DNA of 64,000 nucleotides from a virus (Duplodnaviria; Heunggongvirae; Uroviricota; Caudoviricetes): IMG/VR virus record IMGVR_UViG_3300037067_007156, positions 13,519 to 77,518 of that record; one strand, 5' to 3'. Shown piece by piece: positions 39,153 to 49,800 of this stretch (position 1 is its first letter; each line of letters starts with the position of its first letter). The notes under the pieces were generated by a model. It saw only the letters and a program-made list of their open reading frames with translations, ran no database searches and was not told where the DNA came from. The position numbers and the translations under genes were made by a program.

Positions 39153-41162
39153 ATGACTGAAATTTCAAAATTTTTTAATGTTAATCTCACTGATGACAAC
39201 AAAACTCATTTAAATGTTAATGTTGATGAAATTAGTATCAAATCTACTGATTCGATAAGAATCCAAAATGATTTAGGTTCTTTATCTTTTGATACTGGTA
39301 TCACATTCACTGATTTAAGAGGTGTAAATTCTGTCGGTTTAGAGTATGCTGAGGACTATTCAACAAATTATACAGACAGGTCTTTAATTGATAAAGGACA
39401 TCTTACTAATCAAATAAATCAAGCCATATCTGGTGTGTCTTCAACATTTTCCAATTCTATTAATACTATTTCCAATTATGTAGACACGTCCATATCTGGA
39501 ATTTCATCGACATTTTCCAATTCTATTGAAAATTTAAACACTCAAATTAATACTAATCGCATTGATTTAATAAATTATGTAGATAATGCTATTATGTATT
39601 TATCTGGTCAAACAACAACATCAGCTATTACATATTATGTTAATTTGTCTGGGTCTGATGAACTGGGTGATGGAAGTATCGAATTACCTTGGTATTCATT
39701 AGAACACGCATTAAGAGCTATACCTAAAAACATCAAAGATTTTACTACTATTCAATTGGGTTCTGGTGATTATTATATGACAACAGCTTGTTTAAATATA
39801 ATTTCTGAATTCATGTTATTAAAACCGCTTTCTATAAAAGGTCAATTAGACTTAGTTGTATCTGGATTTACAGCTAAAGTAATTGACCCATCTGGTAATC
39901 CATATAAAAGATTAGTGTCTGGTGCAACTTGGGATTATAATAATCAATATACAGGTTATTGTGCAAGACACGATAATTACGCACCAGCATATAAGTGGTC
40001 ACCAATTGGTGTACATGAAACCAATAATATATCTTCAACTTTAACTCCAGATGGTTATTGGGTTGGTGCTATATATAATTATTCAACAAATTTAATATAT
40101 GTTGATGGTAAATCACCAAAATCAATAGAGGGTTCAGCTAATTTTAAAAACTGTGATTTACAAATAACTTTACCAGATAACACACACAGTAAATTATTCA
40201 ATTCTAACGAATCAACATATTTGTTTGAAAATGTCAAAATTAATGCGGCTCACAATTATAAAATTAACTTACAAGGTAACGTCACACTTAATCACAGTTT
40301 TATACATACAACTTCAGATACAATGGAATTATTAAGAATAACGGAAACCGAAACAGTTAAGTTAGTTAGTTTATTTTTATATAATACAAATAGTGGTAAT
40401 ACCAGCCCAGCTATCGTAATAAACGATTCATCAATTATACTTCAACGTTTATATATTCATGGTTATGCTTATGGTATTGAATATCAAGGTAATAGTGAGT
40501 TATCTTTAAAATATGGACATTATCCAAATGTCTTTGAAAATATTGGATGTGTTTTCAGATTAACAAACTCTGGTGCTAAAATGATTTTCGGTGAATGGTA
40601 TGGTACTCATAAACTTTACATTTACAATGTAAATTATATGTATTCAATGAACGGTGCTACGGATAATATTCATATTTATTTTCCAGCTGATAGATTAGCA
40701 GGTGATATTGCACCATTACAAGAATGGTTTGTTCCAGCAACTGGTGGAACATGGGCTGGTATTGCTAATAATTTAAAAGCTTTGCGAAACAAACCAATAA
40801 GTTATATTGACCCAACAAGAAATGTGATTATATATTACCCCACGCTTTACCCGGAAATAAGTACAGGCTGTACCTTAACTTTAACAAACAGTAGTTCAGG
40901 ATTAACAGATGTTGGTAATATAACACAAAATTCTGCTATATTTATAGAATATGTTATAAAACGTTCTGGATTAACTGAACAAGGTACTATACGATTAAAT
41001 GATAAATTAAACAATGATTTAATTAATGATAGTGATTTTGATGACACCGGAGTATCATTTTCTAAACTTATAGTTGGAAATATTATATATCTTGTGTGGA
41101 CTACAACACCATCAGATTCAAATGCAATTATAAAATATACTGCTCGTAGAATTATGATTTAA
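39153..41162 (+). CDS. Tail fibre/spike-like virion protein with beta-helix region
   Basis: YYVNLSGSDELGDGSIELPW.SLEHAL beta-helix cap motif; repeated ISG.SSTFSNSI; late-type motif upstream. Confidence 0.6.
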   Translation: MTEISKFFNVNLTDDNKTHLNVNVDEISIKSTDSIRIQNDLGSLSFDTGITFTDLRGVNSVGLEYAEDYSTNYTDRSLIDKGHLTNQINQAISGVSSTFSNSINTISNYVDTSISGISSTFSNSIENLNTQINTNRIDLINYVDNAIMYLSGQTTTSAITYYVNLSGSDELGDGSIELPWYSLEHALRAIPKNIKDFTTIQLGSGDYYMTTACLNIISEFMLLKPLSIKGQLDLVVSGFTAKVIDPSGNPYKRLVSGATWDYNNQYTGYCARHDNYAPAYKWSPIGVHETNNISSTLTPDGYWVGAIYNYSTNLIYVDGKSPKSIEGSANFKNCDLQITLPDNTHSKLFNSNESTYLFENVKINAAHNYKINLQGNVTLNHSFIHTTSDTMELLRITETETVKLVSLFLYNTNSGNTSPAIVINDSSIILQRLYIHGYAYGIEYQGNSELSLKYGHYPNVFENIGCVFRLTNSGAKMIFGEWYGTHKLYIYNVNYMYSMNGATDNIHIYFPADRLAGDIAPLQEWFVPATGGTWAGIANNLKALRNKPISYIDPTRNVIIYYPTLYPEISTGCTLTLTNSSSGLTDVGNITQNSAIFIEYVIKRSGLTEQGTIRLNDKLNNDLINDSDFDDTGVSFSKLIVGNIIYLVWTTTPSDSNAIIKYTARRIMI

Positions 41163-41184
41163 ATAGTTGTATTATTTATTTTTA

Positions 41185-41220
41185 AAAGGGATAATTAAAA
41201 TTTAATTATCCCTTTATTTT
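41185..41220 (+). terminator. Intrinsic terminator
   Basis: AAAGGGATAATTAAA/TTTAATTATCCCTTT hairpin plus T-tract. Confidence 0.75.
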
Positions 41221-41268
41221 TTAAAATAAAATTACCTTATATAATTTTTTTAATATTTTTATTTCTAT

Positions 41269-41276
41269 TATATTTG
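41269..41276 (+). promoter_or_regulatory. Bacteroidota-type -7 promoter box (TAnnTTTG)
   Basis: TATATTTG upstream of tRNA-like element; same box at 15894(+), 20225(-), 34646(-), 56220(-). Confidence 0.55.
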
Positions 41277-41298
41277 TCCAATAAAGTTCTTTGAACAA

Positions 41299-41363
41299 GG
41301 AGGTATTTTAATAAACGGTTGGGTATTTTAACCCACACAGGTTCGAATCCTGTTACCTTCACC
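41299..41363 (+). tRNA. Truncated tRNA-like element (no D or anticodon arm)
   Basis: Acceptor GGAGGTA/TACCTTC, T-arm ACAGG-TTCGAAT-CCTGT, one extra stem TGGGT/ACCCA, 3' ACC. Confidence 0.55.
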
Positions 41364-41379
41364 TATGGTTAAAAACTTG

Positions 41380-41510
41380 ATGCGTTAGTAGGCCGAAAGC
41401 CGAAAGCGTGGAGTCTGGATAAGTGCCTGTTTCTATAATAGAAATCTATGAATAATAGATGAAACTATATAAGATATACGTAACCTGCAAATATAGAATA
41501 AGCCAGACTT
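41380..41510 (+). ncRNA. Candidate structured ncRNA
   Basis: AGTA-GGC-CGAAA-GCC-GAA hairpin; AGTCTGG/CCAGACT stem enclosing three small hairpins. Confidence 0.4.
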
Positions 41511-41545
41511 TGTTTTAAAAACATTACAAACTAAAATATACAGAT

Positions 41546-41842
41546 ATGAGAAATTTTAAAATCGGACAAGAAGTAAGAACAACTGGTGGTATTATTACCA
41601 ACGGTGGACTTATCGGTGAAATAACTCATACAACTAAATCTCAGATGACAATTAAAATTACTGATATGTTTTTTCCTGTTCATCAAAAATCTTGGGGAAA
41701 GTCCCAAGTTGATGAAGATGGTCAAAAGTGGCAAAAAGAACATATGATTGGCCAAACCAAAAAATTCTGGTTAACTGGTACCAGACAATTTATGGAAGTT
41801 GGTTCTGCTGACCAACTAACTCAGAGAAAACTTTTAGTTTAA
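41546..41842 (+). CDS. Hypothetical protein (SH3/KOW-like start)
   Basis: FKIGQEVR. Confidence 0.6.
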   Translation: MRNFKIGQEVRTTGGIITNGGLIGEITHTTKSQMTIKITDMFFPVHQKSWGKSQVDEDGQKWQKEHMIGQTKKFWLTGTRQFMEVGSADQLTQRKLLV

Positions 41843-41846
41843 TAAC

Positions 41847-42191
41847 ATGCAATATAAAATTGAATATAATAACGTAGAAAAACGTTTTTATTTATTTGAA
41901 TACGTTGGTGATGAACCAGTGGAATATGAATGCACCCAATCTTCGTGTTGGAGAGATTGTGTACCTTGTTGTGTTTGCGAAGATTCAGAAAAAATTATTC
42001 CAAACCAAGCAGAATATACAAATTGGAAAGCTAAATTTGATAAACGTGTAATAATTCCCTGTTCTAAGAAAAATTACGAATATTTTTCATATCACAATTT
42101 AAATACCATCGAATTCACTGACCGATATTTTGAAATAGTAGACGGTGAAGCTGTTCCTTATATTCAAAAAGAAATTAATTTTATTTTTTAA
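41847..42191 (+). CDS. Cys-cluster hypothetical protein
   Basis: CTQSSCWRDCVPCCVC. Confidence 0.6.
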   Translation: MQYKIEYNNVEKRFYLFEYVGDEPVEYECTQSSCWRDCVPCCVCEDSEKIIPNQAEYTNWKAKFDKRVIIPCSKKNYEYFSYHNLNTIEFTDRYFEIVDGEAVPYIQKEINFIF

Positions 42192-42205
42192 CTAATTATA
42201 AACAT

Positions 42206-42475
42206 ATGCCCTATATAGCCAAGAAAAACCGACTGAAATTCGAAGAACCATTACACGAACTTGTTGAAAACATTGAAACAGATGGTGATTTGAATTATTG
42301 TGTTTCAATGTTAATGCACCAAATACTCAGAAAAAGAGGTATTCAATACCAAAATATGAATAACATCATGGGTGCTATTGATTGTGCTAAAATGGAATTT
42401 TACAGAACCGTTGCAAGTCCGTATGAAGATATGAAGAAAAATGAGAATGGAAACATAAGTGAACTGGATAAATAA
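42206..42475 (+). CDS. Conserved phage hypothetical protein
   Basis: MPYI...GDLNY...GAIDCAKMEFYR...PYED.K..ENG motif. Confidence 0.7.
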   Translation: MPYIAKKNRLKFEEPLHELVENIETDGDLNYCVSMLMHQILRKRGIQYQNMNNIMGAIDCAKMEFYRTVASPYEDMKKNENGNISELDK

Positions 42476-42668
42476 TATGTACGAACTGAAACAATATATC
42501 GGTCAAGAGCTGGAACTAAAAAAGATGCCACAGTTAAGATTTGGTACACCAAATGTTACTATTGGTCACAAATACTCAATTGTTGATGTTGAAGGTTCGA
42601 ATTTTTGGTTGATTGATGATGACGGTAACAGGACAACATTTGGAAGTTGTCGTTTCATTCTAAAATAA
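42459..42668 (+). CDS. Hypothetical protein
   Basis: 69-aa ORF. Confidence 0.55.
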   Translation: MNWINNMYELKQYIGQELELKKMPQLRFGTPNVTIGHKYSIVDVEGSNFWLIDDDGNRTTFGSCRFILK

Positions 42669-42749
42669 TTTTTAACGAAATATGAATATAAAACGGATAA
42701 ATATTGGTAATGTTGTATGGTCAGATGAACTCGACCTAAATACAGATAA

Positions 42750-42888
42750 TTATAACGGTGGCAATAAGAAATGTATGGGATTTAGAAGCAGTAACTGTCC
42801 GCATACACCGAACTAAAATAAAGGTATAACTGCACAATTTGGCACAAACACCCATATATTTTTTATTGTGTGTTATATAGCCAGTTAA
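42750..42888. repeat. Long imperfect palindrome with TAAC...GTTA ends (attC-like)
   Basis: TATAAC..CAATAAGAAATGTATGGG / CCCATATATTTTTTATTG..GTTATA. Confidence 0.6.
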
Positions 42889-42898
42889 TTTTATCAAA

Positions 42899-43105
42899 AT
42901 GGACAAATATAAAATAATCGAAAGGCACGAAATATTTATAGTTTTTTATGCTTATAAAGTATTTTCTCTATTTAAATTCAAAATGATTGAAAAATGGAAT
43001 GTTGCATATAAGGGAATGTATGAACCTGCACATTTCAACACTTTAGAAGAAGCCAAAAGATGGATTACTAAAATGCAAAAACCTGACATTGAGTATTCAG
43101 TTTAA
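42899..43105 (+). CDS. Hypothetical protein, cassette-like
   Basis: 68 aa flanked by inverted GTTATATAGCCAGTTAA / TTAATTGGCTATAAC. Confidence 0.55.
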   Translation: MDKYKIIERHEIFIVFYAYKVFSLFKFKMIEKWNVAYKGMYEPAHFNTLEEAKRWITKMQKPDIEYSV

Positions 43106-43245
43106 TTGGCTATAACAAAAAAATTGTCGTAGTTGACCGATATATTACCCCAAAGGTGAACTACTTTGTTTTGTTCATTCAGTTAGTCATTTACAGAATT
43201 TATTCATGTTTTTAAGTGACACAGAATTAGAATTTAAATTCGAAG

Positions 43246-43683
43246 ATGAAGAAGTTTAAAAATATTATATTTGAAAAAATTAAAAATATGGAACTAAATA
43301 TTTTTTTATCGGATTTGGATAATATTATAAAAGGTAATTTTTCCAAAAAACAAAGAGATAATGTTATATTAAACATTTTGAACTATTCTGATGACGATAT
43401 TATAATAATTCTAAAACATTTATTTGATTCTTATTGTAATAATACAGTAATTGATAAAAACATAGATTATATTTTTATTGTCCCACAACTGAAAAAATTT
43501 CTTGAATATATTTATAATGAACCAGATATGCGTGAGTTAAGAATAGATATAGCAAAAGATTGGTGGAAAACAATTTCTCGTACAAATCGAACTAAACTTA
43601 AAAAAAAGTATAATACATTTACAAATGACCATCTTTCTAATGACTTTTTAATAGAATTAATTTGGAGGAAAGAAAGATGGTAA
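43246..43683 (+). CDS. Hypothetical protein
   Basis: 145 aa; weakly similar to next ORF (ILNYSD / ILKYSD). Confidence 0.6.
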   Translation: MKKFKNIIFEKIKNMELNIFLSDLDNIIKGNFSKKQRDNVILNILNYSDDDIIIILKHLFDSYCNNTVIDKNIDYIFIVPQLKKFLEYIYNEPDMRELRIDIAKDWWKTISRTNRTKLKKKYNTFTNDHLSNDFLIELIWRKERW

Positions 43684-43710
43684 ATTTAATCTACTATAAA
43701 AAAGCAAGTC

Positions 43711-44160
43711 ATGGAACAAATTAAAGATAAATATTTATTAGAATTATTATCAAATAATAATTTAAATGAACAAAAATTGGAAGAATTTTTATCTTCAATT
43801 TTAAAATACTCTGATTTTGAGTTACATGAATTAATAAGTAATATGTTCGATTATTCAGGAGATGAAAACATTTCAAATAATATTCTGATTATATTAAAAT
43901 ATATTAAAAAAGAATTTAGAATTTGGGTTATTTTTACAACAATGGATGGTGTCGTAGAATTATTTAAGGATAGAGAAAAACTAAAAGAAGAAAACACCAT
44001 TATTAAAACGTGGAATGAATTAGATGAAAACACGAAAAATGACTTAATTATTAAATATAAATATAAAGATATATTTGAAAATTATAATAATGAAGAAAAG
44101 TTAGCTATTATAAAACATATTTTCATCGAAACTGATTTATTAAAGAATATTAAAGAATAA
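43711..44160 (+). CDS. Hypothetical protein
   Basis: 149-aa ORF. Confidence 0.6.
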   Translation: MEQIKDKYLLELLSNNNLNEQKLEEFLSSILKYSDFELHELISNMFDYSGDENISNNILIILKYIKKEFRIWVIFTTMDGVVELFKDREKLKEENTIIKTWNELDENTKNDLIIKYKYKDIFENYNNEEKLAIIKHIFIETDLLKNIKE

Positions 44161-44183
44161 TATTTTATTAAAAATTAAAAATT

Positions 44184-44402
44184 ATGATAAAAACTGGTAA
44201 ATTTAATCCGCTTGGTGAAGAAATTATTCAAATAGAAGAATCTGATATTAATTTCTGGGATAAAAACTGGGATGACCTTGAACTTGGGCAGAAAGCCGAT
44301 TTTTGCTCATTCATTAAAGCACCTTTTCTTGGAAAACAAAACGAAAAATCAGTAAAGCAACGTTACGTGTATTACCAAGCAAAAAATACAATGGAATATT
44401 AA
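44184..44402 (+). CDS. Hypothetical protein, paralog of 44890..45084
   Basis: FWDKNWDDL...K..FC. Confidence 0.6.
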   Translation: MIKTGKFNPLGEEIIQIEESDINFWDKNWDDLELGQKADFCSFIKAPFLGKQNEKSVKQRYVYYQAKNTMEY

Positions 44403-44574
44403 GAATAATTATGAATATGAATTGAAGAATTTAAATCCAATTAGCTGATTTTTTTTATAAAAAATTGTTTTTATTTTCGCTTTGTATAATTAAAAAATAA
44501 TAATATGAAAAAATTAGTTGCAGCCGATTTATCTCTTGATTTCTCAGTATTTGAAAATATGAGAAAAGAAAAAA

Positions 44575-44781
44575 ATGGAAAGAATAAAAGCTGAAATACT
44601 TTCTTATTCATTTAATGACCGTTGTCTAATTATTAATAATTTATTAGAGAAATATTCATTAATAATATACCCGAATACTACTAAATCCGAAAAAAACATT
44701 GTAAAATTTTTATCTTGTGAACCTAATTTTAAGGAAGAATGCAGATATATATACAATAACGTGGAAAAATTTTCAAAATAA
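44575..44781 (+). CDS. Hypothetical protein
   Basis: 68-aa ORF. Confidence 0.45.
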   Translation: MERIKAEILSYSFNDRCLIINNLLEKYSLIIYPNTTKSEKNIVKFLSCEPNFKEECRYIYNNVEKFSK

Positions 44782-44889
44782 CTGAATTGTTAGGTTTTAA
44801 TCCAATTTATCATCCAAACCAAAATTTAGAAAAACCGAAATAAAACCACTTTTGGTTTATTTAAAAGAAAAATTAAATTTTATACAATT

Positions 44890-45084
44890 ATGAGCATTTT
44901 TTTAGGTTTCAATGATGTAAATGAAAACAAATTCGATTTTTGGAAAAAAGATTGGGACGACCTTACTGAGGAAGAAAAAAATAATTTTTGTAAAGAAATT
45001 GGTTTGAAATCAAGAGAAATGGAAGGTGAATTCATGGCAATTATGAGTTATCAAACACATAGGAAAAATTTTGGATTAATATAG
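44890..45084 (+). CDS. Hypothetical protein, paralog of 44184..44402
   Basis: FWKKDWDDL...K..FC. Confidence 0.6.
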   Translation: MSIFLGFNDVNENKFDFWKKDWDDLTEEEKNNFCKEIGLKSREMEGEFMAIMSYQTHRKNFGLI

Positions 45085-45121
45085 AGTGGATGTGATATAT
45101 TAACCGTCCTAAAAAGATATT

Positions 45122-46651
45122 TTAAATTGATTTATAAACTGTATACCCAGAATCATATAAGGATAAATAGTTATCCTTATATTCTTTTGTCTTAAATATA
45201 TCATGTTTATCGATGTACCATATTTGTGGTTTTATATTTTGATACATTTTTAATTCATTACAATTAAATAATGGATAATTATTATCACTTATAATAAAAT
45301 CATCATATTTAAATAATTTATTCATTTTTAATAAAAGTTCCAGTTGAATATTACCTTCTTTTATTAACTGTAAAATGAATTTTTTGATTTCTTTTTCATA
45401 TAAAAATAAATCATCTTCGAATATTTGTATTAACATAATATTATATTCTTTACACATTTTAAATTTATTATAATGATATTTTTCATTTTTATATAATGTG
45501 GAATGCCAATACAAACCATTAAATTCAATTGCGATATTTTTATCTGGAATATAAATATCCAATTCCATTCTTGGTATAATTTTTCTACTATTAGTAATAT
45601 ATTCTATATTATTATCTTCTAACCATTCTCTTAAATATCTTTCTTTTATAGAAGAAAAATCATTTATTGGATAACACTCTGTACAAAGAGGTGTTTTAAA
45701 ACGATTTCTATAATACAAATTATTTTTATTAATAACAAAAGATTGATGTTTATGACAATAATTATTTATAGTTACATTTACACCATCTACGCAAATATCA
45801 TCTTCTTTTAAATTTAATAATTTAGAATATTTTGTTTTATATTTAGAAATATTCATTTCTTTCATATTTTCTTTAAACATATTAGTTTTAAAGAAAGACG
45901 TTTCACCAAAATGTTCTAAAAACGCATTTCGTATTCTATTTTTTCCTTCTTCAGTTTTATTAAAATGGTCAACGTTATATTTTAATAGATTATTATTTTT
46001 AATTTTATTTTTAATTTTATCAAGCTTCATTGGATTATCTACACCATATTTATTTAAACAAGTATTTTTCGATTTTTCTTTAATATCATCGAGTTTCATT
46101 GGATTGGATACACCATATTTTTCGATAAAACTATTTATAATTTTTTGCTTAATATCATTACTCTTTGTGGGGTGGGATACACCATATCTTTCTAAACTTG
46201 TTTCTCTAATCTTTTCTTTAAAATCATCACTTTTTGAATAATGTTCAACATTATATTTTTCAAGTAATGTTTTTTTAGACTTATTTAATGAATCATCTGT
46301 TTGTAAATTGCAAACTGTTCCATATTTAATCAAATTATTATTTTTTGTTAAATTTATTTTATCTAAATCACTATTGGAACATTTACTACAACAATATTTA
46401 GCATAACCTTTTCCGTTTTTATAATTAAACCTAACTATGTTATGGCAATCAGGATTTAAACATTCTGGAATTTCTTTTAAATCATTTACATAATGATATA
46501 CTCTAACATTAAAATTGATATTTAAATGTTTTGTATATTTTATTATATCATTATAAATATCAGAAATATTTTTCTTTAACCAATGCTCATTACACTTTTT
46601 ACCACTTTTATTATCAAATTTAATAAATTCTATATATTCTTCTTTCTTCAC
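45122..46651 (-). CDS. Putative homing endonuclease (KYGV-repeat region plus Vsr/PD-(D/E)xK-like domain)
   Basis: Multiple KYGV.NPM repeats; ELDIYIPDKNIAIEFNGLYWHS. Confidence 0.75.
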   Translation of the reverse strand: MKKEEYIEFIKFDNKSGKKCNEHWLKKNISDIYNDIIKYTKHLNINFNVRVYHYVNDLKEIPECLNPDCHNIVRFNYKNGKGYAKYCCSKCSNSDLDKINLTKNNNLIKYGTVCNLQTDDSLNKSKKTLLEKYNVEHYSKSDDFKEKIRETSLERYGVSHPTKSNDIKQKIINSFIEKYGVSNPMKLDDIKEKSKNTCLNKYGVDNPMKLDKIKNKIKNNNLLKYNVDHFNKTEEGKNRIRNAFLEHFGETSFFKTNMFKENMKEMNISKYKTKYSKLLNLKEDDICVDGVNVTINNYCHKHQSFVINKNNLYYRNRFKTPLCTECYPINDFSSIKERYLREWLEDNNIEYITNSRKIIPRMELDIYIPDKNIAIEFNGLYWHSTLYKNEKYHYNKFKMCKEYNIMLIQIFEDDLFLYEKEIKKFILQLIKEGNIQLELLLKMNKLFKYDDFIISDNNYPLFNCNELKMYQNIKPQIWYIDKHDIFKTKEYKDNYLSLYDSGYTVYKSI

Positions 46652-46784
46652 TCATAAGTATTATTTTTTATAAAATATTTCTAAACTAAAAGATTTATAG
46701 ATATCGAAAATCAAAAGCGATTATTTCTTTTTAATTATTTTACACAAACTGAAAACTTCATGTTTTACTTTCAAAAATATATAA

Positions 46785-46821
46785 AAACTCTTTAGAATTA
46801 TATATAAATTCTAAAGAGTTT
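46785..46821 (-). terminator. Perfect 15-bp inverted repeat, likely nrdJ terminator
   Basis: AAACTCTTTAGAATT-ATATATA-AATTCTAAAGAGTTT with T-tract on minus strand. Confidence 0.7.
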
Positions 46822-46849
46822 CATCGTTATAATTATCGTAACTATCTGA

Positions 46850-49800
46850 TTATGAGCACTTTGAACTTCCGCAACTCATGCATGTCATGCACCCTTCTTT
46901 AAATTCTAAATGTTCACTACCACATTCTTGACACACACCTTTTATTTTTTCACCATCTTTAATGTATTTCTTAATAACTCTTTCAACACCCGCTTTCCAA
47001 GTATTTAAATGAGCATCATTTAAATTTAAAGAATTTATTAACCCGTAAACATATGTAAGTGGCATACCATGTCTCAAAACACTTGAAATTAATTTTGCAT
47101 AGTTCCAAAATTCCGGGTTGAATGAATGATTTAATTCTAAATATGTTTTCTTTTCACCATCCACATCAATATATTCCATGTCATAACGAGATATTTTCTT
47201 ACCATCTTCATCATCTATTTTTGTTTTAACAATTTCACACTCTTTAATAGTAGGTGAAAGAGAAGATAATCCATTAACAAGTTTACCAGTAAAGAGTTCG
47301 TAAGGTCTACCATCTAATAAACCAACCACTGCAATCCATTTCTCAGAATCATTCTGAAAACGAATAATATCCGCTTTTAAACGTTTCGGTCTCTTAGGTG
47401 CATTATGGTCTTTAAACGCATCAAGTTTTTCTTTCTCTTTCTGTTCTTTTTTTGTAATTAATACACCAGAACGAGAACCATCACGATAGACCGTCAACCC
47501 TTTACAACCACATTTCCAACCAGTTTCATACACTTTGGCTACAATTTCTTCTGTAACATTATTTGGTAAATTCACAGTAACAGAAATTGAATGGTCAACA
47601 TGTTTTTGTATTTTTCCCTGCATTTCCACCTTCTCAACCCAATCAACATCATTAGCAGTTGCTTTATAATATGGTGATTGTTTAACAATTTCATCCAATT
47701 GTTCTTTCTTCATATTTTTTACTACATCAATATCAAATCCATTCACTTCAAGCCATGTTTCAAATTTGTGGTGAAAAACTGGATATTCTTGCCACACAAC
47801 TCCTTCATCATCTGTGAAATCAACACGAACATTTTTTTCTTGTGGATTAATTTTACGTCTACGCATATATACTGGAAAAAAACATGGTTCAATACCAGAT
47901 GTGGTCTGAGTCATTAAACTAACTGTTCCTGTTGGAGAAATTGTTAATAATGCAATGTTTCTACGACCATATTTAATCATTTCAGTATATAATTCTGGGT
48001 CTTCTTCTTTTATTCTTAATATAAAGGGGTTGTTCAACTCACGGTTTGAATCGTATATTGGGAATGAACCTCTTTCTTTTGCCATTATCATAGAAGAACG
48101 ATACGCTTCTAATTTTAAATTTTTTTGAATTTCTTCAGCAAAGTCAGTGGCGTTTTTTGTACCATATCTCAAATTAAGTGCTGCTAACATATCACCCTCT
48201 CCAGTAATACCAAGACCTGTTCTGCGACCCATCTCAGCTTTTTTCTTAATTTCAACCCAAAGATTTTTTTCATATAATTTTATAAATTCATCTTCTGGGT
48301 CATTATCTATTTTTTCTAATATCTGGTCAATTTTTTCAAGTTCTAAATCAACAATATCATCCATCATTCTTTCAGCAAGAATTACATCTTTTTTAAATAA
48401 ATCAAAATCAAAATATGCTTCTTTAGTGAATGAATTTTTTACATATCCAAAAAGATTTAATGCTAAAAGCCTACAACTGTCTGATTTACAAAGAGTTATT
48501 TCCCCACATTGACGTGATAACACATTGATGTACTTATGTTTACCACTCTTAGTTTTTTCTTCAAATCCACCTGAGTAAAAATTATGAAATTCATCTACTG
48601 TTCCATTAAACACATTTTCAACACCATCTAATTCAACTGATAACACTTTATGATTATATAATTCAGCTTCTTCTTTTAATTCTTTAAAATTATCAAAACC
48701 ATATTTAGTTTTTAATCTAAAAGGTATATATTGTTTTTTACACTCAGTTTCCCACTCTTTCAATAAAGGTGACCGACCGAATTTAAATTTAAAATCAGAA
48801 AATATTTTTAATTGTTTCTGTTTATTTTTTTCTGATTTAACTTTAAAAGTTTCATTAATAGTTTCAGTTCTTCTATTATTTGTATCAGACATTCTATTTA
48901 CATATAAATTGGAACAAGTATTACTACAAAATGAAATTTCTCTTTGGCGATGTTCAACCCAAAATGGTGTTTCACATTCTTCACAAATTTTCTCAACAAA
49001 AACTTTATTACCACGTATCTCTGAATTATAACCATTTTCTAACATTTTTTTATATGTCACAACTAATCTTGGGTCTTCATTTACAAATTCAATTTTTGAT
49101 TCTAATGCAGCCCATTTAGACAAAGCTGTTACACCAGAATTAATTTCTTCTATTCTAAATTGTGAAAATGATTGTGGAATATTATTTTCTTTTGCGTATA
49201 ATAACCAATCATTTTTTGAAAATCTTCTGTTCAATTTTTCAGTCAATTTTAATGCATGATTTTTTAAATCATCAGTAGATATATCAATATATAAACGATT
49301 AGTAGACCCTTTATGTGAAGCGAAATTATATTTCCATTCATCAGTCATTTTATGATAAGGGTTTTTTTCACCAAACATATTATCTTTATGTAAAAAATCG
49401 TGGTTTTCTTTAGTCATCATTAATAAATTATCAATACTATTATTTAAACTGTTGTAATCTTTATGATGAATAACATTACCAGTATCTATTTTAATGTTAT
49501 TTAACTGTTCATAAATAAATCTATGTTCAGAAATAGTAGATTTAAATTTACCATTATTAATCCAAATATAATCGATACTTTTAGAATTCGATTTTGGAAA
49601 TATTTCATCAAATGATGCTTCCCATTTTGTTAGTATATTTAAACTATCACCGTTTACTAAATTTTTAGCTTCTTTAATACTTCCATCTTTTAAAATAAAT
49701 TTATGTTCCCCCGTCACTCTCATAGTATGGTTACCTTGAATAGTAACTTTATATATTGGTTGATTAAAACCAGTTATTCTTGGATTACGCATAGTTTTTA

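Noticed and set aside
41299-41363. tmRNA or functional tRNA
   Set aside because: No G3-U70 pair, no tag ORF, no D-arm and no 7-nt anticodon loop.
41378-41410. Hammerhead ribozyme (GGCCGAAAGCCGAAA)
   Set aside because: The CUGANGA core is not present directly before the stem.
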